Part shown: positions 36,743 through 47,452 of the stretch, in pieces
Numbering within the stretch: the first letter of the stretch is position 1
Layout of the letters: each line of letters begins with the position of its first letter
The notes under the pieces: generated by a model
Databases searched by the model: none
Told to the model about the DNA's origin: nothing
Seen by the model: the letters and a program-made list of their open reading frames with translations, nothing else
NCBI RefSeq assembly: GCF_030684315.1
Contig: NC_081368.1
Coordinates: 57,241,734 to 57,305,733, forward strand
DNA: 64,000 nucleotides
Source: Stegostoma tigrinum
Lineage: Eukaryota
Direction of reading: 5' to 3'
Program-made: the position numbers and the translations under genes

Positions 36743-37749
36743 CTATATTCACCAATCCATCTAAGCCCTTCCTTTTCACATAGCCATCCAGATACCTTTT
36801 AAATGTTGCAGTTGTACCAGTCCCCACCACTTTCTGTGGCAGCTCATTCCATACGCGCACTACCCTCTGCATGAAAAAGTTGCCCTTTAGGTCCTCTTAA
36901 GAGTTTCTTAATGTTTTAAAAATAAAGCCCAACCAAGATTTGAAGAGCAAGTATGAGAATTTTACCAATGAGTGTTAAGGGGCCAATTCCCTTATTAGAA
37001 TCTCATTAGTATCTAATGTCACCACAGTCAGATGCAGTTTCCAATTCTGCCGCACTGAGAAGAACCACTAAGCCGCGAGATTTACCAAAATGAAAGTCAA
37101 AGCAGGTACCCAGTGTCTCCAGCTTGCTGCTTGTTGCTCCAGCCATCCATCTTGGATGTCAGTCCCAAACACCTCTGGGCATGCTCAAAGGGTAGATTCT
37201 GCCTCAATACCCCATCACAGAGGTTAGCATTGGACATGAACCAGCCAAACCAAATCATCATGGCATATTTCCAACATACTTGGAATATAGTTCACAATTT
37301 AGGGGGAGCAATTTGGAGCAACCAACACTTTACGTTGTCTTCCTGCTGCCAGGATGCCTTGCACATGCCGATCTTAGGCATTAGAGCAAGGTTCTTCACT
37401 TACTGTATTAGTGCTCGCTTTACACCAACTTGAATGGCCACAGCATTTGATGCCATCTTGTCTTGCATTTTGTGCTTTTAAACTTGCTATAGGACTTACA
37501 GACTCTCAATCCTTCTGCCAAGTTTGACCCTATGTTGCTTTCCATCATTACATGAATTACAAAAATGTGATAGAAATGGCTGCCGCCACACATAAAGTGG
37601 CTCGCATTAGCGTTCTATTTTCTGTTTAAGCACGTGGATTCTACTTGCAGCATTGTGAGATCCTTCAAAGGGCAACTGCATCAATTATGTATTGACAAGA
37701 TGCTACAAGTGCAGGGAGCTGATTTCCTCTTATGTTGAGCCAAAAGTGT

Positions 37750-38510
37750 CCACAAACCCTTCCTATTCATATACCCATCCAGGTGCCTTTTAAATGTTGA
37801 AATTATACCCACCTCCACCATTTCTTCTGGCAGCTTATTCCATACATACATTGCCGTTTGGGCGAAATGGTTGTCCCTTGGGTCTTTTAAAAATTTTTCC
37901 CCTCTCACCTTAAAACTATGCCCTCTACTTTTGGATTCTCCCATGCCAGGAAAAGACCTTGGCCATTCACCCTATCCTTGTTCCTCTTGATTTTATAAAC
38001 CTCTATAATGTTACTACTCAGTCTCCGATGCTGCAGGGGAGAAAAAAGCCTCAGTCTATTCAACATCTCTATTTAGGTCAAACCCGCCATTCCTGGCAAC
38101 ATTCCTTTGTAAATATTTTCTGCACCTTCTAGAGTTTAACAACGTCCACTCCCAAGGCCCTACTATGTACTATTTCAAGTCCTTCCCTGCTTTGCTTTCC
38201 CAAACTGCAACACCTTACATTGATCCAAATTAAACTCCATCTGCCAAGCCTCGGCCCATCTGACAAAGGTCCCATTGTACTCTGAGGTACCCTTCTTCAC
38301 TGTCCATGGCACCAGCTATTTTTGTCATCTGTAAGCTTACTAACAATACCTCATATATTCACATTCAAATCATTTATGTAACTGACAAAAAGGAGCTGAC
38401 CCAGCATTGATCCTTGTGTCACACCGCCAGCCACAGGCGTCCAATCCAAAAACTAGCCCTCCACCACCACTCTTACGTTCAAGTCAATTTTATATGCTAT
38501 GTGGTTCCAT
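37750..38510 (-). mobile_element. CR1 LINE RT/C-terminal fragment with internal deletion
   Basis: GESKSRGHSFKVRGEKF...VWNKLPEEMVEVG; reverse 'aagcttacagatgacaaaaatagctgg' is a degenerate KFADDTKI. Confidence 0.88.
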
Positions 38511-38536
38511 GTGTATGTATGTTGTGAAGGAAGAGG

Positions 38537-38775
38537 TTACAGTACAGTGCACATAGTGTACTGCATGATCCTAGCATGCTGTACTCAGCATATCCGCAAC
38601 AGTTAAAGAGGGATGGTAATGGATGCTGAGATGTGGACAGAGATTCAGCAGCCTCTGAGGACAAACATGAGGACATTGTACGGGAGAAATGTCCCCTTCA
38701 GCATGACAGAGCACAGCAGAGCAGTGTTTGGTGCAACAAGTCAAACAGGACTTAATTGACTCCCAACTCCTGTAG
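38537..38775 (+). mobile_element. PIF/Harbinger transposase C-terminal remnant
   Basis: LQYSAHSV, then a frameshift, then CMILACCTQH, resembling Harbinger 'LQY.P..V..II.ACC.LHN', followed by an acidic tail. Confidence 0.5.
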
Positions 38776-39889
38776 ATGTGAGCTGTATTCAATGATCATT
38801 CCTTGACTGTAAATCTGCTGTTGTTCAGAAGGAAATCAGCCAGAACTGATATAAGCAACCTTTTTTTTGACAAAATCCAGCCATCTGTTTCTTTGGGATT
38901 TAGTTACATTATCTTCCAAAATTGCATCAATCAATTCAGCCAGGTGAACTCCCACAGAAATTAATGACAAATAAATGTGTGCCATCAAAATTCACTACTG
39001 CAGTCTAATATATTGGACTGAGATATAATAGCCACAAAGTAGCACTTGAACTGAATAAACCAGTGAACAATCCTTCCCTTGACATCAACACATTTAACTT
39101 CCAAAATCTGATTCCATTTATTGCCAGAAAGATTATATTTCTTTTTCCTCACAAGGAGCTGAGATGGAAAGAACTCTATTTATTCCTATCTTTAGTTGCT
39201 CTGAGAAGATGTTGAACCAACTCCTTACCTTGTTTCAATCATTAATCTGAAGTATTATGAGAACATCTTGATCAATTCTGGTTTACAAGATTCAGCAATA
39301 AATTTGGAATGGTATCAATGTTGAAAACTATTGTTTCTCATGTACTGCTATTTCTTACCACCACATGGAATGAACCAAACCCCTGGAAGTTGGAAACTCA
39401 TGAGGGGGCTTAGTAAGATCGTCAATTTGGTACTTAGGAACATTTTCTAAACAATTGTCTTGCCCTCAGACTGGATTCTGCAATTTATGAGCATGTTCAT
39501 GGAGCCTCCTTTCTCCATTAATTGTCTAATTCTACACCTCCAATCTGCACTAGATTAGAGTAGGGCTGTAGATGTTTGCAATGATAGAATGGTTATGAGA
39601 TATTGCTGTGTTGATTTTGGTTTTGCAAAGCGGATAGATGTATATGTTTGTCTCACTGCAAAATTATTTGATTGAAGAGCTCCTTTTCAAATGGATTAAT
39701 AATCATAGACTAAATATCTAAATAATAAGTTTGTATAGTGCTGCATGTAAAATGTCTCAATGCTTTTTAAACACAGGTACATCCAACTAACATCATCGAA
39801 GAGGTGAATGAGTCTATTGAACTGGGCAAAAGTACTAAGAGTTCAGAGACATGAAGAGAGCTGGAGTAAGCACAATCTCAAAAGACCAT

Positions 39890-40095
39890 TACAGAGGGCA
39901 ATTCTAGTTATGTTGTAGCAGGTTGGGAGTAACATACAGACCAGACCAAGTAAGGGCCACTGTTTCCTTCCCTGAAAGGGCACTGGTTAACTAAATGTGT
40001 TTTTGCAATGGTTTTCTGGTCATTATTAGACTTCCAATTCCAGATTTTATTGAATTCAAATTCCGCTATCTGCCATAATGAGATGTGAACCCACT
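39890..40095 (-). mobile_element. Shark tRNA-derived SINE, partial
   Basis: Reverse complement 'gggttcacatctcattatggcagatagcggaatttgaattcaataaaatctggaatt...cagggaaggaaac...ttacttggtctggtct'; related to 58071-58450. Confidence 0.75.
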
Positions 40096-40441
40096 TCAAA
40101 CTAATGGTGGAGCAATTAAAATCAGGCCTGAGTCTGCAAGTAAGATTCAAATCGATTAATTTGGGGCATTTGGATTTAGGAATATGTTTCAGTTTTTACA
40201 TTATCAAGTTAATATATCATTATAAAGTCTGATAAGGAATGGGGTTAGATGAAGTGAGGATGGTGGTGGTGTGGGTGTGAGCTGTATAAGGAATTTGGGT
40301 GTGCATTAGTGAATAAATAAGTGTTAATTGTTTACGTGTTTGCATTTAAATGTGCTTTAAAGCCTTTCCGATAGAGATTGACATTTTTCACTGAAGTCAT
40401 TGGAAGATTTGGTCAATGTATTTGGAAATTCTGAGGAATGG

Positions 40442-40577
40442 AAGCAAAATAATGCACAGGCTGGAAATCTGAAACAAACACAGATGTTGGAGAAACGCAG
40501 CAGGTCTGACAGCATCTGTGCAGAGAGAGAAAAACACCATTAATGTTTCAAGCCCAGTATGTCTCTTCTTCAGAACT
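40442..40577 (-). mobile_element. Solo Penelope pLTR fragment with tail (older subfamily), ending at the hammerhead 5' edge
   Basis: Reverse complement begins 'agttctgaagaagagacatactgggcttgaaacatta' and continues 'cagatgctgtcagacctgctgcgtttctccaacatc'. Confidence 0.75.
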
Positions 40578-42599
40578 GTTGAGGACGCCCAAAATCAGCC
40601 TGCATCTACTCCCAGTATGGGTGTGTTGATGTGGTTGACAGTTCTGTCTCCCAACTAATTAAGATCTGGTTCCTGGGAAAATCCAGCTTCCAGGCAGATT
40701 GTTAATGGAGATGGAAATGCAACATGAGGTCAGTCCTGCTTCCCACTTGCTGTCTCTTGTAGGAACATCCAGCCCATTGAGTTCCACTTGGCTTTCAAGC
40801 TGCTTTATGGAAAATGGAAATCCAGGATAACGATTGTTAGATGGGGCTGAAAAGGTTTCTTTGAGGCAATTGATGTTTTGCTATTGACAATGAAACCTGG
40901 TCATTATTCCAGAGCACTTTCAACCTGTTTCAAAGTAGTCAGTGAAATCTGAAAATGCAAACCACAAGACTAGATACATGCTGCTAGAAAGCTAAATTCA
41001 TTACATTTAATCTTGCAAACCACTTCACTGCAACATAGATTGAAGCTTGTACCTTATTACAGGAAGCCTCTTGGAATGTTTGATTAATATTATCATGCTT
41101 TAATCTTAGCTAGGCTTATGAGATAACGGTTGAGTCTAATCATGTCTACAGCATGGTACAAAAATCATTTGCTGTGTCACTGCTGCAGGTTTATATAGAA
41201 ATAATCCATTTTTTGATTGTGAAGAAAATTGAGTTCACTAAATATTTTGAATTGGTTCACAAAAATGTCTAGCAAAATTTGGTTATTACAGATAGTCAAA
41301 TTTCTGCACTGCAGCTTTTTATATAAAATGTCTCAAGACAGTGTTCGATAGAAAGTGAGCCGATTTGCTGCTTTTGAAACTTTGATCAAGTTAAGCCCAT
41401 ATGATAGGAAAGTAAGTTTGTCTTTATTTACTGATTGGACATAAATGAATGGAAATAAAATTTGGACAGTATTGATTGAGATTAACTGTGCACACATTGA
41501 GGACAAAATAATTCATTAATAAGCAATTTTTGGATGAAAATTCATGCAGCAAACAAGAAAGGTCGCAATAATGATTTCAGAAAAAAAACTTCATGAATTC
41601 TGTCAGAAATTGCTTCTGAAGGTGGAACCAGTTCATCATTGGCTAAATTTGCAGATATCAAAATTGCACAGGAACTTAACTCAAATTCCTTGTTATAGAC
41701 ATCAGGATGTAATTATCACCTTTAAAACTTATGGCTTTTAAATTAGATACAAATTTGTCAGTGATTGTATTATTATATTTGTTCAAATCATTTCACGTTT
41801 TAATAATTTTACTGTAGATCTATTTGCTGACATGTAAATGTTACAGGCCTGCTGACTGTACATGTGCACAATTTAAACCTAATTTCTGAAATTAAAACAT
41901 ACTATTTTTAAGACTTTATATGACCACTGTAAAATACTACGCTGGTTTAGTAAAATGATCATTTATTTTCAGTGTCAGCAAACACATCCTCCTTTTTCAT
42001 CAAGTTTATGAATTAAATTCACAAACTTCAATCCTTCATCCATTTTAGTCTCATTTAGATATGATTCCCTCGCTGATGTTGCTTTCATTGAGATTCTTTA
42101 TTCTCAACTCAAACTGTGTCAATTGAAAATGCTTCTCTTCCTTGAATTCTTTCTAAAATTTCTTTCCCTTCACCTCTCTTTCGTTTTCTTGCCTCCATCT
42201 CTCATTCCTTGAATTTTCTCTTCTCTTTTCTCTTTTCTGCTGTTTGGATTCCAGTCCTAATCTTAGCTGTTCTAGTTTTAATTTACCTGCTTCAACATTT
42301 TCTATTTTTATGTCCACGTATTTCACCTCCCTTTTTTGCATTTCCTACATTTCAGTTGGAAAACTCTACAAGTGCCCAGCAATGCCTTTTAATTCTTACA
42401 AGGATAATATATTTGTTTTTAAAGTTACCTCATTCTTTATCATGAAAGCATTGACATTAAAGTACTGAGATGTCTACGTTCAAAGTCACAGAGCCAAGAG
42501 ATCATTTTTGCTGTTTATCTTTAAAATTATTTTATGGAAGAATAATTTATCTACCCACTCCAATTCTTTTGTTCATCTTCTAGATTGCACCAGTTGTCA

Positions 42600-42753
42600 G
42601 GTACTTAGGGACTTTTAAGAGAACCTTGGATCGGTACATGGAGGATAGTAAAATGTAGGGAATGCATGGTAGTTTGATCTTAGTAGGATAATAGATCAGC
42701 ACAACACTGAGGGCTGAAGGGCAGAACTGTTTTGTTCTATGTTCTATATTCTA
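42600..42753 (+). mobile_element. CR1 LINE 3' UTR fragment
   Basis: 'cagcacaacactgagggctgaagggc...gttctatgttctatattcta'. Confidence 0.85.
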
Positions 42754-42964
42754 GAGCTTGAACTTTGTGAGGAGGACTGAATTGACTACCTTTGTTTTTT
42801 AGTGTCCTTAACTGTTCAAGCTTATGAGTCAATTTTTGCCACAATCAGAAAATCTGTCTTTAATGACACAACCCTTAGTTGATCAGTATTTGTATCATTG
42901 CTGCCATAAGGTTTTGCACTTAGGATTCTGTTCTGCACTGCAAAAATATAGCCCCTTAGACTAT

Positions 42965-43174
42965 AAGATAGTAAGAACTGTAGATGCTGGAGTCAGAGAT
43001 AACACAGTGTGGAGCTGGAAGAGCGCAGCAGGCCAGGCAACATCAGGGGAGCAGGAAAGTTGATGTTTTCATTTGGGACCCTTGTTCAGAAATGTCCTGA
43101 CCCAAAACGTCAATTTTTCTGTGCTTCTGATGCTGCCTGGCCTGCTGTGTTCCTCCAGGTCAACATTGTGTTGT
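42965..43174. mobile_element. Fold-back Penelope pLTR-derived mini-element with 12-bp TSD
   Basis: Arms 'cagcaggccaggcaacatcag' and 'ctgatgctgcctggcctgctg'. TSD cccttagactat (42953-42964) / cccttagattat (43175-43186). Confidence 0.88.
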
Positions 43175-44630
43175 CCCTTAGATTATTCTATATCTGCTCT
43201 TAGCTGCATCCAGGTCTTTGCTGTACCCAAGAGTGAGTCTTTTCTGTGGCAATTGAAAATGCTTCTCTTCCTTGAATTTTCTTGAAAATTTCTTCCCCTT
43301 CGCTTCTCTTTCTTTTTCCTGCCTCCATCTCTCATTCCTTGAATTTTCTTTTCACTTTTCTCTTTTCTTTTGTTGGGATTCCAGTCCTTTTAAAAGATAA
43401 TTCATTCACATTTCACTCAGTCTTCTTCTCATCCTTAAACTAAGCATTAGCCACAAGATCTCTCCTGGAAATTCCTCGGTTCTTAAATCTCCAAAAAACC
43501 CATCTGCTCTAGCATCTCTTCATTTGGAAGTTGACTGTTACAAACAACTTGCTCTTTTTCTGTAGTTTATCTGCTTCATATACTCAGAAGTATTCTTCTC
43601 TATTGCCCTTCAGAGTCTCTGAATCCATTCGAGATGAGCCCAGATTTGCGCCACAACAGACTTTGAACTGTCAAAGCTGTTGAGATAATTGTCAATGCCG
43701 TTAAAGAATCAGTAAAACTGTTACATAATTAGTAAAGCACTATCAAACAACTTGGAAGACAAAAAATTTGTTTTCGTAGGAAGTTAGTTGGAGGAATTTG
43801 AACATTGATTTATTTTTGAATCAACTAGTGTGTTGTTTAAAATAGCAATATCATGTAAGCTTGCCCTGATGAGATTTACCAATGATCAGCACTAAATGAG
43901 TTGGCATGGATGGATAAGGAAATAGTGGTGAAAAACAAATACATCACAGTAGTGATATGAAGACGGGTTTGATACGAGCTGACTTAAAGTTTTCGGAGCT
44001 GTAAAGGCCAAGGCAATAGGTACACAGCTATAGGTTGTGATAAAAAAAAGAGAGAAAATGAGCAGTATGTTAAGGGGCATGTGGTGTCACAGGTGATTTG
44101 AGGGGCATCAGCATGGCAGCAACGAGGAGAGCAGCATGGAAAACATTATGACATGGGTTAGAATGAATGAGGGTATGTAGTGTGTAGAAGATGTAAGGAC
44201 TGAGGGCTGGAACAATGTTTATGGATTTTTAAAAAATTAAACTGCAGTATATATATTCATTGTGAGTTTAACGAATAATTGCAGTTAATTTAAAAGTATG
44301 AGTGATGTGAGGTCTCCATCTATTGTGTAAACAAATGTCTCAAGCGCAAGAGTATTAAAAACTGCAACAACATGCAGTTACAATTTCATTTATATTATAA
44401 ATTTCTATTGACATGAAGTAGTGAATTGCTTCATAATATTAATGCAGATATGAAGTTCAGATAAATTGCTTTAAATCCTACAATGGTTCCATTCTTTATA
44501 TGACAAAGGCAGAGGAGGAGGAATGATCAAAAGGAACCATTTCTGTGTGAAAGGAGTGAAACCTAGAATATAATAGAAACCTGGATGACTACTAAATATT
44601 GAATGAGCTAGCTGCTTTATAACAGCATAC

Positions 44631-45179
44631 GTGAAGTTGTAGGTAGGTAGGATAGTGAAGAAGGTGTTTGGTATGCTTGCCTTTATTGGTCAGTCGCTTG
44701 CGTATAGGAGCTGTGAGGCCATGTTGCAGCATACAGCTGTAGGGGTTAGACCACTATTCAAATACTTCATACAGTTCTGGTCTCCCTGCTTTAGGAAAGA
44801 TGTTGTGAAACTTGCAAGGGATCAGAAAAGATTTGCAAGGATGTTGTCACGGTTTGGAGGGTTTGAGATATAAGGAGAGGCTGAATATTTTTCCTGGAGC
44901 ATCAGAGGCTGAGGGTGACCTTATAGGGGTTTATAAAGTCTTGAAAGGCATCGATAGGTAAATAGACAAGGTATTTTCCCTGGGTGGGGTGGTCCAAAAC
45001 TAGAGGACATAGGATTAAGGTGAGGGCAAGAAAGATTTAAAAGGGACCTAAGACTTCACAGAAACATGGGCCAAATGTTAACAAATGGGACAAAGTGTAA
45101 TTTAAGATATCTGGTTGGTATGGACGAGATGGACTGAAGGGCCTGGTTCTGTGCTGTATACCTCTATGACACTATGACA
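44631..45179 (+). mobile_element. CR1 LINE 3' portion
   Basis: KKVFGMLAFIGQ...QFWSPCFRKDVVKL; tail 'ctctatgacactatgac'. Confidence 0.92.
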
Positions 45180-45725
45180 TATGTATCTGCAATATAGCAT
45201 TGCACAAGCAAATGAGAAAAGAACTAATTTCATTAAAACTTTAAGACGGAACTATGAATGTTATTGAGTGGTGCTCACTGTACCTTTCGCGTATTTAATT
45301 TTCATCAGTTTCCCACACTATTCTTTTTAATTAAATTTCCTCTCTGTCTCTTGGATTTTGGGTTCAATTTAACATCAATTAGAATTATAGACTGAGTTTG
45401 AGAGAGAGATGTTCTAAAAGCTTTTAGCGGTTCTGATTAGTTACAAGGTGTGTTTTAGGTACAAACATGTTTTTACAGGTTTTACGTTTTACATTTACAT
45501 AAGCTACTTAACAGGTATGAGCCATTTATGAACATGTTTAAAGTATGTTGTGTCACCTCCCAATAATTATCACCCCAAATGTTCCAACTGTTACGTGCAA
45601 AAAGACCAGATAACAACTTCACGACTACAAGACTCAGTGGAGAACATAATCTTGAAGTTTTAAACACAAAAACACATGTTAAATGCACTGAATACAAGAC
45701 TCCAACAATTTAAAATATAGCTGCA

Positions 45726-45815
45726 ACAAAAACAAAGTTGCTGGAAAAGCTCAGCAGGTCTGGCAACATCTGTGAAGGAGAAAACAAAGTTGATGTTTTG
45801 GGTCTGGAGATCCTT
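45726..45815 (-). mobile_element. Penelope pLTR-derived fragment (older subfamily)
   Basis: 'gttgctggaaaagctcagcaggtctggcaacatctgtgaaggagaaaac', the reverse match of 16610-16678. Confidence 0.75.
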
Positions 45816-47204
45816 CTGTTGTTGTTGTAAAATGAGGCTGCCTTTGAGTAAAGGCATGTCACTTCAAAAATAATCACATTAGCTACATTTACATCAGCCT
45901 GCACCATAAAGCAGGAGTAAAAAACATAAACCATTGCCATACTCCTGACCTGGACATGTGGCTATTTTCCTCGCAAACACGTCGAAGATAATTTAATTCA
46001 TCACTTGCCTAACTTTGTAAAACTTAAGTAATCATTAAAAATACCTCAATCCAACATGTGTTTCCCAAATACTACTTTGTACCAAATGCCGCATTGTGCA
46101 CTCATTCACTGACATCAGATCCAATTCTAGTTAGATCTCAAACTAAATACTTTCTTTATTTTCAAACCACAGTCTTTCCTAGTTCTGTAATGTCCTCTAG
46201 CCTAGCAACCTTCTGTGATCTCTGCTCTCCTCCAATTCTGACCTCTTACGCGCCTCAGATTTTATCTGCTCCAATTTTGATGCCTTCAGCATCCTCTCAC
46301 CTGGCCTTTCATATTTTCTCTCTAAAACCTTCTGCCATCTTTCTTCTGTTTAGAGACCTCATAAGGACACCTTGTAAGTATTGTAATCTGATTTAAAACT
46401 TATTGCTATCATCTCTTAACTGTTGGAGCAAGATTCTTGTGTGAATAGAATGTCAAAAAGATGAATTCTAATTTTATCTTAGAATTTAAGCAGTCTTTTA
46501 AAGCCACATTCATCGTCCTAATGGCTTTGATAAAGGAGGGTGGGCAGAATTTAAAGCAAAATTAAAAAGGCATATGCACCACTATAAAATGTTGGGCAGT
46601 AAATTGGATCACAGCAAGATTAATTTCTAGGCAAAATGGACATAAAATGGATACGTAAGTCAAATTTAGAAGGCTATTGTGCATCAATTTGATACATATC
46701 TCTGTACAGTTATCCAAGGCATTCTTTTGAAACAAATGTTACCTCCATTACATATGAAAATTGAAGGTCTAACAACTGCTGCAGGCCTTTACTAATTTAA
46801 TTTGTGACTGTACATCGTATGCCACACAATCCAAACAATTCATATTGTTAGGCACTTGAAACGAAATCAGTGATCATCGAAAGGGGCCTCATGAAGCTAT
46901 CATCAGAGTGGTAAGTGTGAATTTTTTCATAAGCCTTATTAAAGGAATATCTCTTTCAAATTCTAACTTAAATTTACAGGCAACCTTGGTCTCATCCTAG
47001 CCTTCTCCACTATACGCCTGGTCAGTATCTTTTCTGGTGTCCACTGTGCTTTCTTGGACCAAAAGATTATCTTCGCTTTGTGGCAGATGCTTTGCAGATA
47101 TGTAAATATACTTAGAATAATCTGGTGCATGCATTTTTTTTCAAGAGTGAGTCCCATACTGTTGCAGATAGTATCTTTTTAGAAGGTTATGTTAAATCAA
47201 AGTC

Positions 47205-47452
47205 TTCATCAGCACTATTTCAAGAGTGTATGGTTTTCACCTCAGTGTTCTAGACAATATTAATTGCAGAAGCAACATCACTGAAATAGATAACCAGATT
47301 ATTATTGTTAGTGGGATGTTGCTCTGTGAAATGTGGTTGCTTTGCCTCCCACACCACAAAGTGATTAAATCCAAAAGTATGTCTTTAAAAGGATAGTATT
47401 TTGACTCATTTCTAAGGTTGTGAAGTGTATTGTATAACTATAAACTTTCACT
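47205..47452 (+). mobile_element. Deu-domain SINE (SacSINE1/AmnSINE1-like), degenerate
   Basis: 'gcactatttcaagag...gtgttctagacaatatt...caacatcactgaaatagat...gtgggatgttgctctgtg...ggttgtgaagtgtattgtataa' follows the Deu-SINE core and L2-type tail as recalled. Confidence 0.6.

Larger units (their letters stand above)
34960..36754 (-). mobile_element. Young 5'-truncated Penelope-like retroelement (Neptune-type)
   Basis: Perfect TSD atccatctaagcc (34947-34959 / 36755-36767), uninterrupted ORF, retained CpGs and a 3' pLTR with hammerhead-like core. Confidence 0.97.
34831..36900 (-). mobile_element. CR1 LINE 3' end (34831-34959 and 36755-36900) interrupted by the Penelope element
   Basis: Tail 'tagtcatagagccataaagccgtacagcatggaaacagaccc' on the left and QRVVRVWNELPQKVV on the right. 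Confidence 0.88.
41950..43660 (-). mobile_element. Decayed Gypsy gag-like remnants (two partial copies) interrupted by CR1 and PLE inserts
   Basis: E/K/R-rich coiled-coil ORF 42153-42341 followed by KFVNLIHKLDEK. Possible degenerate tRNA-Pro PBS (reverse complement 'ctgggctcatctcgaat') near 43627-43643. Confidence 0.45.

Noticed and set aside
35292-36764. Several plus-strand and alternate-frame ORFs overlapping the PLE ORF
   Set aside because: Shadow ORFs caused by high GC and stop-poor antisense; no recognisable domains.
46852-46916. Plus-strand exon-like segment ending in GTAAGT (ALETKSVIIERGLMKLSSE)
   Set aside because: Weak pyrimidine tract and unrecognised peptide.
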